Made by a program: the position numbers and the translations under genes. Shown here one piece after another: positions 37,607 through 46,711 of a stretch of 46,711 nt of DNA. The DNA is from an uncultured Bacilli bacterium (GTDB taxonomy: Bacteria; Bacillota_I; Bacilli_A; RF39; UBA660): positions 1 to 46,711 of the forward strand of contig CANRPE010000005.1 in assembly GCA_947632405.1 (NCBI GenBank), given 5' to 3'. The notes below the pieces were generated by a model. The model made no database searches, was not told the DNA's origin, and was given only the letters and a program-made list of their open reading frames with translations. The first letter of the stretch is position 1. The number at the start of each line of letters is the position of its first letter.

Positions 37607-37816
37607 ATGATGAAATTAAATATTCAAATGTTTGCAGTACCATTTCGTAAGGTTTCAAAAACAAGAAAAAGAACTAGACAAGCTCATAAAGCTATGACAG
37701 CTCCAGGAATGGTAGCATGTCCTACATGTGGAGAAATGATTAAACCTCATCGCGTATGTAAACATTGTGGTAGCTACAAAAAACAAAATGTAGTAGAAGT
37801 AAAAGAAGCAGAATAA
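37607..37816 (+). CDS. rpmF: 50S ribosomal protein L32 with a 9-aa N-terminal extension
   Basis: [19 protein letters not shown]...[10 protein letters not shown] zinc ribbon; AAGGAGTG RBS positions the start at 37607 or 37610, giving the leader (M)MKLNIQMF. Confidence 0.95.
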   Translation: MMKLNIQMFAVPFRKVSKTRKRTRQAHKAMTAPGMVACPTCGEMIKPHRVCKHCGSYKKQNVVEVKEAE

Positions 37817-37842
37817 AGATAAATTTAATTTATCTTTTTTTT
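37815..37842 (+). terminator. Intrinsic terminator after rpmF
   Basis: AAAGATAAAT-tta-ATTTATCTTT plus T-run. Confidence 0.65.
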
Positions 37843-37861
37843 ATAAGAATAGGTGATTTTA

Positions 37862-39577
37862 ATGAAAAAAATATTAGAAAATAAATTAAGTTATTTAATT
37901 ATTACTATCTTAATTTATATAGCTATGTGTCATTATATAAATATTAGTTATTTTACAATAATTAGTATTGGTTTTATGATTTTAATTTATTTAGGTGTTA
38001 AAAATTATTTTTTATCAAATTTAGAAAAGAGTAATATTATTATTGCTATTTTGTTTACAATATGCTTTTCTTTTGGAAGAATATGTTTTAATAATATGCA
38101 TAATAATAGTGTCAATATATTATTAGAATTAATATCATTAAAAAACTTATTTTACAATATTGGTTTATTTTTATTTATTTATTTAATAATTTCAATTATT
38201 ATAAAAAAATTAACTACTTTAAAAGTAATTGAAAGTAAAAATATAAATAGTAAAAAAATTTTTCTTAAATCATTAATTATTATATTAATATGTTGGACTC
38301 CCTACTTTTTAAGTTCTTATCCGGGTTATGTTGCACCAGATAGTGTTTATCAAATTCAACAAGCAACTAAAATGGTACCATTAACTGATCATCATCCTGT
38401 ATTTCACACAATGTTTATTAAAGTTTTTTATAATATTGGTAGTCTTTTTTCAACTAGTCAAAACTTTAGAGTAGCTTGTATTACTATTGCTCAAATGTTA
38501 ATTATGGCATTAATCTATTCTTATTTTATTACATTTTTAAGTAAGAAAAAAATCAAAAAATCTATTTTATTGGGACTTACAATCATGTTTGGATTACTTC
38601 CAGTTTTTGCATATTATAGTTTAATGATGTGGAAAGATGTTTTATTTGGAGGCTTTTTCTTATTATTTTTAATAATATTATGCAATATGATTGAACAAAA
38701 AAATAATATAAAATATTCTAATCTAATAGCTTTTTCGGTAGTGTCTTTATTAATACTGTTTCTAAGAAATAATGCTTTATATATGTACTTTATTTTAATA
38801 CCATTCTTTATTTTTTATTTTTCAAAACAGAAACTAAAAATTTTTATGACATTTATAATTGTATTAATTTGCTTTTTTACAGTAAAATATCCTCTTTATA
38901 ATACTTTAAATATTGAACGAAGTAAATCATGGGAATATTTAGGTATTCCTATTCAGCAAATTGGAAGAATGGCATATAAAGATACTAAATTTACTAAACA
39001 AGAAAAAAGAAGAATTGAAAAATTTATGAAGGTTAAAGATTTAAAAGAGGAATATAATCCTATTTTATCTGATGATATTAAATTTAGTTTAAAAATGAAT
39101 CAAACTTATTTTGATAAAAATTCTAAAGAATTTATTATTCTATGGAAAGATTTAATAATTAAGCATTTTGATACTGCAGTTGAATCATATTTAATATCAA
39201 CATTAGGTTATTGGTATCCTGACTTAATGAATAATGCTGTAGAAAATAAAGTTACAGTAAACGAATTAGATATTCATAGTCATCCATTATTACCTAAGCC
39301 TATTTCTAATTTTTTCAATGATTTATATCATTATGATACGCCTATTCTTTGTTTACAATGGAATATTGGTTTAATTTTATGGTTTATTTTATTATTAGCT
39401 GTAATTTGTTTTAAGAAAAATAAAAAATATTTATTATGCTATTTACCAATTTGTGGTATGTGGCTTACCTTAATGGTAGCATCTCCAGTAAATGGAATGC
39501 TTAGATATGTTTTTTGGGCATATACAAGTTTACCTTTATTATTTTTTATAAATTACTTTAAATCAAGTAGTAAATAA
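37862..39577 (+). CDS. Polytopic membrane protein (DUF6020-like, possible GT-C glycosyltransferase)
   Basis: Many TMs; YPG-x3-DS, HHPVFHT, WKD, RNN motifs. Confidence 0.6.
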   Translation: MKKILENKLSYLIITILIYIAMCHYINISYFTIISIGFMILIYLGVKNYFLSNLEKSNIIIAILFTICFSFGRICFNNMHNNSVNILLELISLKNLFYNIGLFLFIYLIISIIIKKLTTLKVIESKNINSKKIFLKSLIIILICWTPYFLSSYPGYVAPDSVYQIQQATKMVPLTDHHPVFHTMFIKVFYNIGSLFSTSQNFRVACITIAQMLIMALIYSYFITFLSKKKIKKSILLGLTIMFGLLPVFAYYSLMMWKDVLFGGFFLLFLIILCNMIEQKNNIKYSNLIAFSVVSLLILFLRNNALYMYFILIPFFIFYFSKQKLKIFMTFIIVLICFFTVKYPLYNTLNIERSKSWEYLGIPIQQIGRMAYKDTKFTKQEKRRIEKFMKVKDLKEEYNPILSDDIKFSLKMNQTYFDKNSKEFIILWKDLIIKHFDTAVESYLISTLGYWYPDLMNNAVENKVTVNELDIHSHPLLPKPISNFFNDLYHYDTPILCLQWNIGLILWFILLLAVICFKKNKKYLLCYLPICGMWLTLMVASPVNGMLRYVFWAYTSLPLLFFINYFKSSSK

Positions 39578-39656
39578 AACTTTAAAAAATAGAAGAAATA
39601 GTGTACAATAAAATATTTAAGAACTAGTATAAGTTTAAAGTAAAAGAGGAAATTGT

Positions 39657-40481
39657 ATGATGACACAAGATTATATTATTAATTTGAGATATTCATTAAT
39701 CAAATATTTGCAACAATACAAAAAAGAATATCCTAATAGCTATCTTAAATTACAACTTCAACCTGAAGTGTTAAAAAATATTATTTTTGATATTACAGAA
39801 ACAGGTAGTTATAAAATGGCACTTCCAAATTCTTTATGGAAAATAATTGATTTTGATGAATTTTCATGGAATAATGTAGATGTTGAATGGATGGATTTTA
39901 AAGGTAGTAAAAATGTTCAGCTAAATCCTCAATTAGTCTATGGAAAAAGTTTATATCATACTAAACTAGCTAATGTGAAATTAATTGGCTCTCTTGATAA
40001 TGTAATAGTTATTTATACGGACTTTACAGATAGTATAGGAGCAAAACTTAATCCTCAAACTATTTATGGTAAAAATTTGACTAAAACAAAATTAAGTGGT
40101 GTTAAAATAATAGGTTCTTTTGATAATACAAAAATAGGTTATACTGATTTTACAGATAGTAAAAATGCTCAAATTAATCCTCAAAATATATATAAAAAAT
40201 CAATGTATTTTACTATATTAAATGGAGTTAGAATTTTAGGACCATTAGATGGGGTATATATTTATGGAGCAGATTTTACAGATAGTATCGGAGTAAAACT
40301 TAATCCGCAAACTATTTTTGGAAAAGATCTTAGTTATACAAAACTAAGTGGAGTAGAAGTTATTAGTAATTTTACTGATGCTAATACTGCTTTTGCAGAT
40401 TTTACAGGAAGTTATAGTTCTATAATTACTGAAGAAGATATTACAATTACAAATCAAAAAATAAAAGTTAAAAATAAATAG
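39657..40481 (+). CDS. Hypothetical protein with pentapeptide-like 42-aa tandem repeats
   Basis: Repeating DF(T/K)(D/G)S..(L/I)NPQ..(Y/F)(G/K)K unit; no signal peptide. Confidence 0.7.
   Translation: MMTQDYIINLRYSLIKYLQQYKKEYPNSYLKLQLQPEVLKNIIFDITETGSYKMALPNSLWKIIDFDEFSWNNVDVEWMDFKGSKNVQLNPQLVYGKSLYHTKLANVKLIGSLDNVIVIYTDFTDSIGAKLNPQTIYGKNLTKTKLSGVKIIGSFDNTKIGYTDFTDSKNAQINPQNIYKKSMYFTILNGVRILGPLDGVYIYGADFTDSIGVKLNPQTIFGKDLSYTKLSGVEVISNFTDANTAFADFTGSYSSIITEEDITITNQKIKVKNK
39894..40412 (+). repeat. Four 126-nt (42-aa) degenerate coding repeats plus a partial fifth
   Basis: Asp codons of the DF motif at 39894, 40020, 40146, 40272 and 40398, an exact 126-nt period. Confidence 0.9.
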
Positions 40482-40487
40482 TATTAT

Positions 40488-40522
40488 AAGAAAATTTTAT
40501 TAGAAATTTTCTTTTCTTTTTT
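40488..40522 (+). terminator. Intrinsic terminator
   Basis: AAGAAAATTT...AAATTTTCTT plus T-rich tail. Confidence 0.55.
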
Positions 40523-40568
40523 CAAGGAAAATAAAATTGATATGCTATAATATAGTTAGGTGATACGT

Positions 40569-42899
40569 ATGAATTTAGAAATGTACAAAGATGATAATTT
40601 ACTGATTGTAACACCAAGTACTACAAAAATAGAAATATTGAAAAAAAATAGTAATTTATTTATTAATGCTAAGTATATGAGCTTAGAAGAATATAAAAAT
40701 CATTATTATTTTTCATATGATAATAGTGCTTTAGATTATTTAATGACAAAATATCAAATTCATTTAGATTTTGCCAATATTATAATGAGTAATTTATACG
40801 TAATTGATCTTAATAAAGAATACAAAGCATCTAAATTAAAATATTTACAAGAAATAAAACAAGATTTAATTAATAATCATTATTTAAAATTTGATTTGCT
40901 GTTTTCTAATTATCTAAAAGATAAAAAAATAATTGTATATGATTATCCTATTTTAGAAAAATATGAAGAAGAAATGTTTAAAAATGCTATTAAAATAGAA
41001 TATCAAAATCATAAAATAACTTCATGTGTATATCATTGTTTTACTTTAGAAGATGAGGTTTTATTTGTAATTGAGAAAATAATAGATTTATTAAAAAAAG
41101 GTATTTCACCTAATAAAATAGTAATTTCTAATGTATCTTCTGATTATTTATATACTATCTATCAGTTATTTTCTTATTATCATATTCCTATTAATATTGA
41201 TATGGAACAATCAATATATGGAACTAATATTTGTAAAAATTATTTAAAAAATAAAACAATTCCTGGCTTTACTAATCAAGTTGTAAAAGAACTAATAGAC
41301 GTAATTAATTCTCTAGTAGAATTAGAAGATAGCTTAAATTACCGTGAATTTTTAATAGATGCTTTAAAGACAAAAAAATTACCTATAACCAAATATAAAA
41401 ATGCTATTACAATAAGAAAAGATATTCCAATATTAGATGATGATATGTATTTATTTATTGTTGGATTTAACCAAGATATTTTACCAAAAATTCATAAAGA
41501 TGAAGATTATATTTCAGATTCAATCAAAGATGAAGTATTATTATATACAACAGCTCAAAAGAATAATCAAGAAAAAAACTATTTTTTAAAAATTTTATCT
41601 AATAATAAAAATATATTTTTATCATATAAAGATAAAAGTAGTTTTAATGAATATTTAAAATCAAGTTTAATAGATGATTTAGGTTTAAAAGAAATAGATT
41701 ATATTTCAACAATTACAAATAGTCATAAATATAATAAATTATTACTTGGTCAAAGTTTAGATTCATACTATAAATATAAAGAAGTTAGTCCTATATTAGA
41801 ACCGTTAATGAATAATTATCAAATACCATATAATACTTATTCTAATAAATTTAATAAAATAGATATATCTGAACTATATAATATGCTTAATTCATCTTTA
41901 AATGTTAGTTATACATCTCTTAATAGTTATTACTTATGTAAATTTCAATATTATATAAAATATATTTTAAAAATAGATCCTTATGAATCTAATTTTTCAA
42001 CTGTAATTGGTAACTTATTTCATTATATCTTTTCAGTTATGGATTTACCTTTCTTTAAGTTTGATAGAGAATGGAACTCATTTTTAGAAAAACAAAATTT
42101 ATCAATTAAAGAAAAATATTTATTAGATAATTTGAAAGAAGATTTATTAGCTGATATTAAAATTATTAAAGATCAAGATTTACTTACAAACTTAAAAAAT
42201 AAAAAAACTGAGGAAGAAATTAATATTTCATTTGATAAGCCAATTTATACTGTTTTAACAGGAAAAATAGATAAAATTTTATATGAAGAAAAAAATAATC
42301 AAACTTTAATTAGTATTATTGATTATAAAACAGGTAATATTGTAACTAATATTAATAATTTAAAATATGGTTTAAGTATGCAATTACCTATTTATTTATA
42401 TTTAACTTTTAAATCTAATTTATTTAAAAACCCAAAATTTGTAGGAATATATTTACAAAAAGTATTAACTTCTAAATATAATTATGAAACTAATAAATCA
42501 AAAGATAAAATTCAACAAGAAAATTTAAAATTACAGGGTTATTCTACATCTAATTTAGAATTGTTATCTTATTTTGATAAAACTTATGAAAATAGTGAAC
42601 TTATTAAAGCAATGAAATTAAAAAAAGACGGTTCTTTTTCTAGTTATGCAAAAATATTAAATGATCAAGAATTTATACAAATAATTAATTATACTGAAAC
42701 TAAAATTAATGAAGCAATTGATCATATCTTAGAAGGTGACTTTTCTATTGATCCAAAAGTAATTGATAATAAAAATATATCTTGTAATTATTGTAAGTAT
42801 AAAGATATTTGCTTTAGAGCTAATCAAGATTTAAGATATTTAGAAAAAGTAGATGATTTATCATTTTTAGGAGGAAATTTAAATGAAGTGGACAACTGA
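40569..42899 (+). CDS. addB: ATP-dependent helicase/nuclease subunit B (shortened)
   Basis: SYTSLNSYYLCKFQY, GNLFH, GKIDKI, IIDYKTG, QLPIY, CNYCKYKDIC Fe-S cysteines; overlaps the addA start. Confidence 0.85.
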   Translation: MNLEMYKDDNLLIVTPSTTKIEILKKNSNLFINAKYMSLEEYKNHYYFSYDNSALDYLMTKYQIHLDFANIIMSNLYVIDLNKEYKASKLKYLQEIKQDLINNHYLKFDLLFSNYLKDKKIIVYDYPILEKYEEEMFKNAIKIEYQNHKITSCVYHCFTLEDEVLFVIEKIIDLLKKGISPNKIVISNVSSDYLYTIYQLFSYYHIPINIDMEQSIYGTNICKNYLKNKTIPGFTNQVVKELIDVINSLVELEDSLNYREFLIDALKTKKLPITKYKNAITIRKDIPILDDDMYLFIVGFNQDILPKIHKDEDYISDSIKDEVLLYTTAQKNNQEKNYFLKILSNNKNIFLSYKDKSSFNEYLKSSLIDDLGLKEIDYISTITNSHKYNKLLLGQSLDSYYKYKEVSPILEPLMNNYQIPYNTYSNKFNKIDISELYNMLNSSLNVSYTSLNSYYLCKFQYYIKYILKIDPYESNFSTVIGNLFHYIFSVMDLPFFKFDREWNSFLEKQNLSIKEKYLLDNLKEDLLADIKIIKDQDLLTNLKNKKTEEEINISFDKPIYTVLTGKIDKILYEEKNNQTLISIIDYKTGNIVTNINNLKYGLSMQLPIYLYLTFKSNLFKNPKFVGIYLQKVLTSKYNYETNKSKDKIQQENLKLQGYSTSNLELLSYFDKTYENSELIKAMKLKKDGSFSSYAKILNDQEFIQIINYTETKINEAIDHILEGDFSIDPKVIDNKNISCNYCKYKDICFRANQDLRYLEKVDDLSFLGGNLNEVDN

Positions 42900-45800
42900 G
42901 CAAAATGATGCAATTTATTTAGAAGGAAATAATATTATCGTATCAGCAGGAGCAGGTTCAGGAAAAACAGCTGTTCTAACTGAAAGAGTACTAAGAAAAA
43001 TCAAAGAAGGTAGTCATATTGATCAATTACTTATTATGACCTTTACTAATGCAGCAGCAAAAGAAATGAAAGATCGAATTCGAAAAAAACTAAAAGAAGA
43101 AAATCAAAAAGAAGAATTAAACTTAATAGATGCTGCTTATATATCTACTTTTGATAGTTTTTCACTAAGTATTGTAAAAAAATATCATTATCTTTTAAAT
43201 TTAGAAAAAAATATTACCATTACTGATGATGCTATTTTAAATATTGAAAAGCAAAAACTAATGGATCAGATTTTTGATGAATACTATTTAACTAAAAAAG
43301 ATTCTTTTAAAAAATTAATAAAAGATTTTTGTTATAAAGATGATGATGAATTAAAAAAAATATTAATTAAATTAAATGATAAATTAGAAATGAAAATAGA
43401 TAAAACTAATTACTTAGAAACATATATTTCTAATTTCTATAATCAAGAAAAAATCAAAGAAGATATAAAATTATATTACAAAATTATTAAAGAAAAAATT
43501 AATACTATGGAAGAAAAAATAAAGGAATTATCATTTTTTGTAGATAGTGAATATCTTACTAAATTAATTGAAGTTTCAACTAATCTTTTTAATAGTAAAA
43601 ATTATAATGAAATTGTTACTTCTATTAATTTTCGATTTCCAAATCTTCCTAAAAATTCTAATGAAGAAAGTAAAAATATAAAAGAAACTATAAGTAAAAT
43701 ACAATCTGAAATAAAAAAATTATGTATATATGAAAATGAAAAACAAATAGAAGAAGAAATTTTAAGTACAAAATCAAATTTAGAAGTTATTATAGAAATT
43801 ATTTCTACATTTAGTGAAAGATTTAATAAATTTAAAAAAGCAAATAATATGGCATCATTTCAAGATATCAGTAAACTAGCTATAAAAATAGTAGAAGAAA
43901 ATAAAGAAGTTCGGGATGAACTAAGAAATAAATTTACAGAAATTATGGTAGATGAATATCAAGATACTAATGATATACAAGAATACTTTATTTCTTTAAT
44001 TAGTAAAAATAATGTTTATATGGTAGGAGATATTAAGCAATCTATTTATCGATTTAGAAATGCAAATCCAACTATTTTTAAAAATAAATATGACTTATAT
44101 TCTAAAAAGAATCAAGGAATTAAAATAGATTTAGTAAAGAATTTTAGATCCCGTGAAGAAGTATTAAAAAATATAAATGAAATTTTTAATTATTTAATGA
44201 ATAATTCTTTAGGAGGAGCTAATTACCAAGAATCTCATCAAATGATATTTGGTAATAAAATATATCAAGAAGATGGAAAAACTAATCAAAATAATAATTT
44301 AGAAATACTATGTTATAATAATGAAAAAAATAAATTTAGTAATAGTGAAAAAGAAATATTTGCTATTGGGAATGATATTTTACAAAAAATAAAAAATAAT
44401 TATCAAGTATTAGATAAAGATAAACAAGTAATGAGAAATGCTATGTATCAAGATTTTGTTATTTTACTTGATAGATCAACAGATTTTGATTTATATAAGA
44501 AAATATTTGAATATTTAAATATTCCTCTAACTTTATATAAAGATGAAGAAATTAGAAGTGATAATGATATTTTAATTATTAGAAATATTTTAAAAATAGA
44601 AAAAGCTATAGATCAAGAAGATTTTGGAAATGAATTTAAATATGCATATCTTTCTGTTGGTAGAAGTTTCTTGTTTGAATTAGATGATTCTGAATTATTT
44701 AATATTTTTAATAAAAATAAATTTAAAGAAACAATTATATATAAAAAATGTGAAGAATTATATAACTATTATTATGAAATGACTCCTAAAATATTTTTCT
44801 TAAAACTATTAGAAATATTTAATTATGAAGAAAATATATTAAAACTACATGATATAAAAACACTAAGGATAAGATTAGAATATTTTTATCAGTTATTAGA
44901 AAAATTTGAAGAAGATGGAAAAACAATCGAAGAATTTATTGAATATTTAGATCTAATCTTTGAATCTTCAGATAAAGCAACTTTTTCTTTAAATACATTA
45001 AATACAAATTCTGTAAAAATTATGACTATTCATAAATCAAAAGGATTAGAATATCCAATTTGTTATTTTGCAGGATTTACCAAAGAATTTAGTTTTAAAG
45101 AATTAAATGAAACTATTTTATATAGTAATAAATATGGAATAATTACACCTTATTTTAATACTTATCAAAAAGATACTATCTATAAGACATTATTTAAATT
45201 AGATACTAAAAAAGAAGAACTATCAGAAAAAATTAGATTACTATATGTAGCATTAACTAGAGCAAAAGAAAAAATGATTATGATTATTCCTAATATAGAA
45301 GAAAATAAAATAATTAATCATCCTACTAATTATGAAAAAGAAAAAATAACTTCTTTTTTAGATATGATTTATTACATTTATCCATATATTAAAAAATATA
45401 TAAAACAAATAGAAGTAATACCTACTAAAGATTATTTAATAAATAATAATAAAATTAATAATAATTTATCAAGTAATATTAATAATATTCAAATAGATGA
45501 AATTAATTTTGAATATGAAGAATTAACAGAACAACATTTTTCTAAAAATGAAATAAAACAGATTACAAAAGAAGAAAAAGAAAAAATGAGAGTAGGTACT
45601 AGAATTCATGAAATATTAGAATATATTGACTTTAGAAATCCTGATTATTCAACATTAACAGATATAGAAAAAGAAAAAATTAGTAAATTTATTAAAACTC
45701 CATTAATTACTAATAATTTAGATGCTAATTTTTATAAAGAATTTGAATTTATATATCAAGAAGAAGATAAAATAAAACATGGTATTATTGATTTAATGAT

Positions 45801-45972
45801 TGAATGTGATGATAAAATTATTATTATTGATTATAAATTAAAAAATATTGAAGATTTAGCATATCAAAAACAATTATTAGGATATAAAGATATAATAGCA
45901 AAACGAAGTAATAAAAAAATAGAATTATACTTATATTCTATTTTGGAAGAAAAATATGAGATGATCAGTTAG
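42883..45972 (+). CDS. addA: ATP-dependent helicase/nuclease subunit A
   Basis: WT-EQ, SAGAGSGKT, VDEYQDTN, VGDIKQSIYRFR, NFRS, MTIHKSKGLE, YVALTRA, GIIDL...IIDYK. Confidence 0.93.
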   Translation: MKWTTEQNDAIYLEGNNIIVSAGAGSGKTAVLTERVLRKIKEGSHIDQLLIMTFTNAAAKEMKDRIRKKLKEENQKEELNLIDAAYISTFDSFSLSIVKKYHYLLNLEKNITITDDAILNIEKQKLMDQIFDEYYLTKKDSFKKLIKDFCYKDDDELKKILIKLNDKLEMKIDKTNYLETYISNFYNQEKIKEDIKLYYKIIKEKINTMEEKIKELSFFVDSEYLTKLIEVSTNLFNSKNYNEIVTSINFRFPNLPKNSNEESKNIKETISKIQSEIKKLCIYENEKQIEEEILSTKSNLEVIIEIISTFSERFNKFKKANNMASFQDISKLAIKIVEENKEVRDELRNKFTEIMVDEYQDTNDIQEYFISLISKNNVYMVGDIKQSIYRFRNANPTIFKNKYDLYSKKNQGIKIDLVKNFRSREEVLKNINEIFNYLMNNSLGGANYQESHQMIFGNKIYQEDGKTNQNNNLEILCYNNEKNKFSNSEKEIFAIGNDILQKIKNNYQVLDKDKQVMRNAMYQDFVILLDRSTDFDLYKKIFEYLNIPLTLYKDEEIRSDNDILIIRNILKIEKAIDQEDFGNEFKYAYLSVGRSFLFELDDSELFNIFNKNKFKETIIYKKCEELYNYYYEMTPKIFFLKLLEIFNYEENILKLHDIKTLRIRLEYFYQLLEKFEEDGKTIEEFIEYLDLIFESSDKATFSLNTLNTNSVKIMTIHKSKGLEYPICYFAGFTKEFSFKELNETILYSNKYGIITPYFNTYQKDTIYKTLFKLDTKKEELSEKIRLLYVALTRAKEKMIMIIPNIEENKIINHPTNYEKEKITSFLDMIYYIYPYIKKYIKQIEVIPTKDYLINNNKINNNLSSNINNIQIDEINFEYEELTEQHFSKNEIKQITKEEKEKMRVGTRIHEILEYIDFRNPDYSTLTDIEKEKISKFIKTPLITNNLDANFYKEFEFIYQEEDKIKHGIIDLMIECDDKIIIIDYKLKNIEDLAYQKQLLGYKDIIAKRSNKKIELYLYSILEEKYEMIS

Positions 45973-45982
45973 AAAGTTATTT

Positions 45983-46570
45983 TTAATAAAAATCAAAAGG
46001 ATTAATATGAGTTGAATTTTCATAGGGATATCCATTCCAAACAGAAAAATGTAAGTGAACTCCTGTTGCAAAACCAGTTCTTCCCATAATACCAATTATT
46101 TGACCTTTTTCAACTCTTTGTCCTACTGTTACTGTTTTAGAAGATAAATGACAATATAAAGTATAATAGCCATTATCTTGTTGCAATACCAAATAATTAC
46201 CACCATCCCATTTATAACTATCTGTAACAATAACTCCGCTATTTGCTGCATATACATTTGTATTACCATCAGTGGTAACTATGTCAATAGCAGGATGATA
46301 ATTACTATATGATGAAGTAATATTATAATTAGTACTAGTAGGAAATGCCCAACTTGGATCATCATTATATACAACCTCTTTAACAAGAGGATCTTTTTTA
46401 TTATTATATGAAGTATTTATTTCTGTTAAATTAAGATTTATACCTTTAATATTTCCTTGAAATATAGTTGTAATTCCTGTATAAAGCTCTAATATAGTTC
46501 CAGTAAGTAATAAAATAATTCCACATATAAGATTACCTTTAATAAATTTTTTCCTTTTTTGTAATTTCAT
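45983..46570 (-). CDS. Membrane-anchored M23-family metallopeptidase
   Basis: N-terminal TM; HPAID (HxxxD), YCHL, TGVHLHF (HxH); ATG at 46570 has a GGAG RBS (alternative start 46585). Confidence 0.88.
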   Translation of the reverse strand: MKLQKRKKFIKGNLICGIILLLTGTILELYTGITTIFQGNIKGINLNLTEINTSYNNKKDPLVKEVVYNDDPSWAFPTSTNYNITSSYSNYHPAIDIVTTDGNTNVYAANSGVIVTDSYKWDGGNYLVLQQDNGYYTLYCHLSSKTVTVGQRVEKGQIIGIMGRTGFATGVHLHFSVWNGYPYENSTHINPFDFY

Positions 46571-46711
46571 TTTGTATTTCTCCATTAATATTTAATATTG
46601 CTGCATATTATAACAGCAAATAAAAAATATGTAAACGTTAAATTAAGAGATAACTTACCAGTGATAAAGTAGGTTATCTTTATTTTTTTAAATTACCATA
46701 AAATAAGGATT

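Noticed and set aside
39894-40412. Periodic repeats considered as a CRISPR-like array
   Set aside because: The repeats are in-frame, degenerate and protein-coding, with no constant repeat/unique spacer structure or cas genes.
40440-40481. Basic C-terminal tails on accessory proteins (RNB, TPR, repeat protein) as a possible shared sorting signal
   Set aside because: Cannot be separated from the general Lys enrichment of an AT-rich genome without a proteome-wide comparison.
1-46711. Possible Mycoplasma-type genetic code given the AT richness
   Set aside because: Long ORFs are intact under the standard code, use TGG for Trp, and some end in TGA (11473, 37601).

Overview
Very AT-rich, gene-dense chromosomal segment from a low-GC Bacillota (Bacilli-like) organism. 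The gene content and order resemble reduced uncultured gut Bacilli, which is an inference. It uses the standard bacterial code: TGA is a stop and TGG is Trp. Housekeeping genes dominate: pheST, def, ftsW, comEA/comEC, dnaI, T-box-thrS, mraZ-rsmH-ftsL-pbpB, spoVD-like PBP, M18 aminopeptidase, lexA, polA-mutM, pyk, gmk, tmcAL, yceD-rpmF and addBA. Accessory genes are interspersed: a stripped-down RNB nuclease, a SipW-type secreted protein, a TPR protein, an RsgI-like orphan, an RHH/lipoprotein/peptide module, a priming glycosyltransferase with two LCPs, a 42-aa-repeat protein and an M23 peptidase. The top finding is that ribosomal protein L32 carries a 9-aa N-terminal leader (MMKLNIQMF|AVPF) closely matching the Prp-cleaved leader known from L27 (MLKLNLQFF|A), suggesting a second proteolytically matured ribosomal protein. 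Other highlights are a 50-aa membrane peptide with SOS-like boxes divergent from lexA (candidate new SOS division inhibitor) and two small ORFs missed by the ORF track, a YjcZ/SscA-type sporulation peptide and a 34-aa hydrophobic peptide. No rRNA, tRNA, CRISPR array or transposase was seen.
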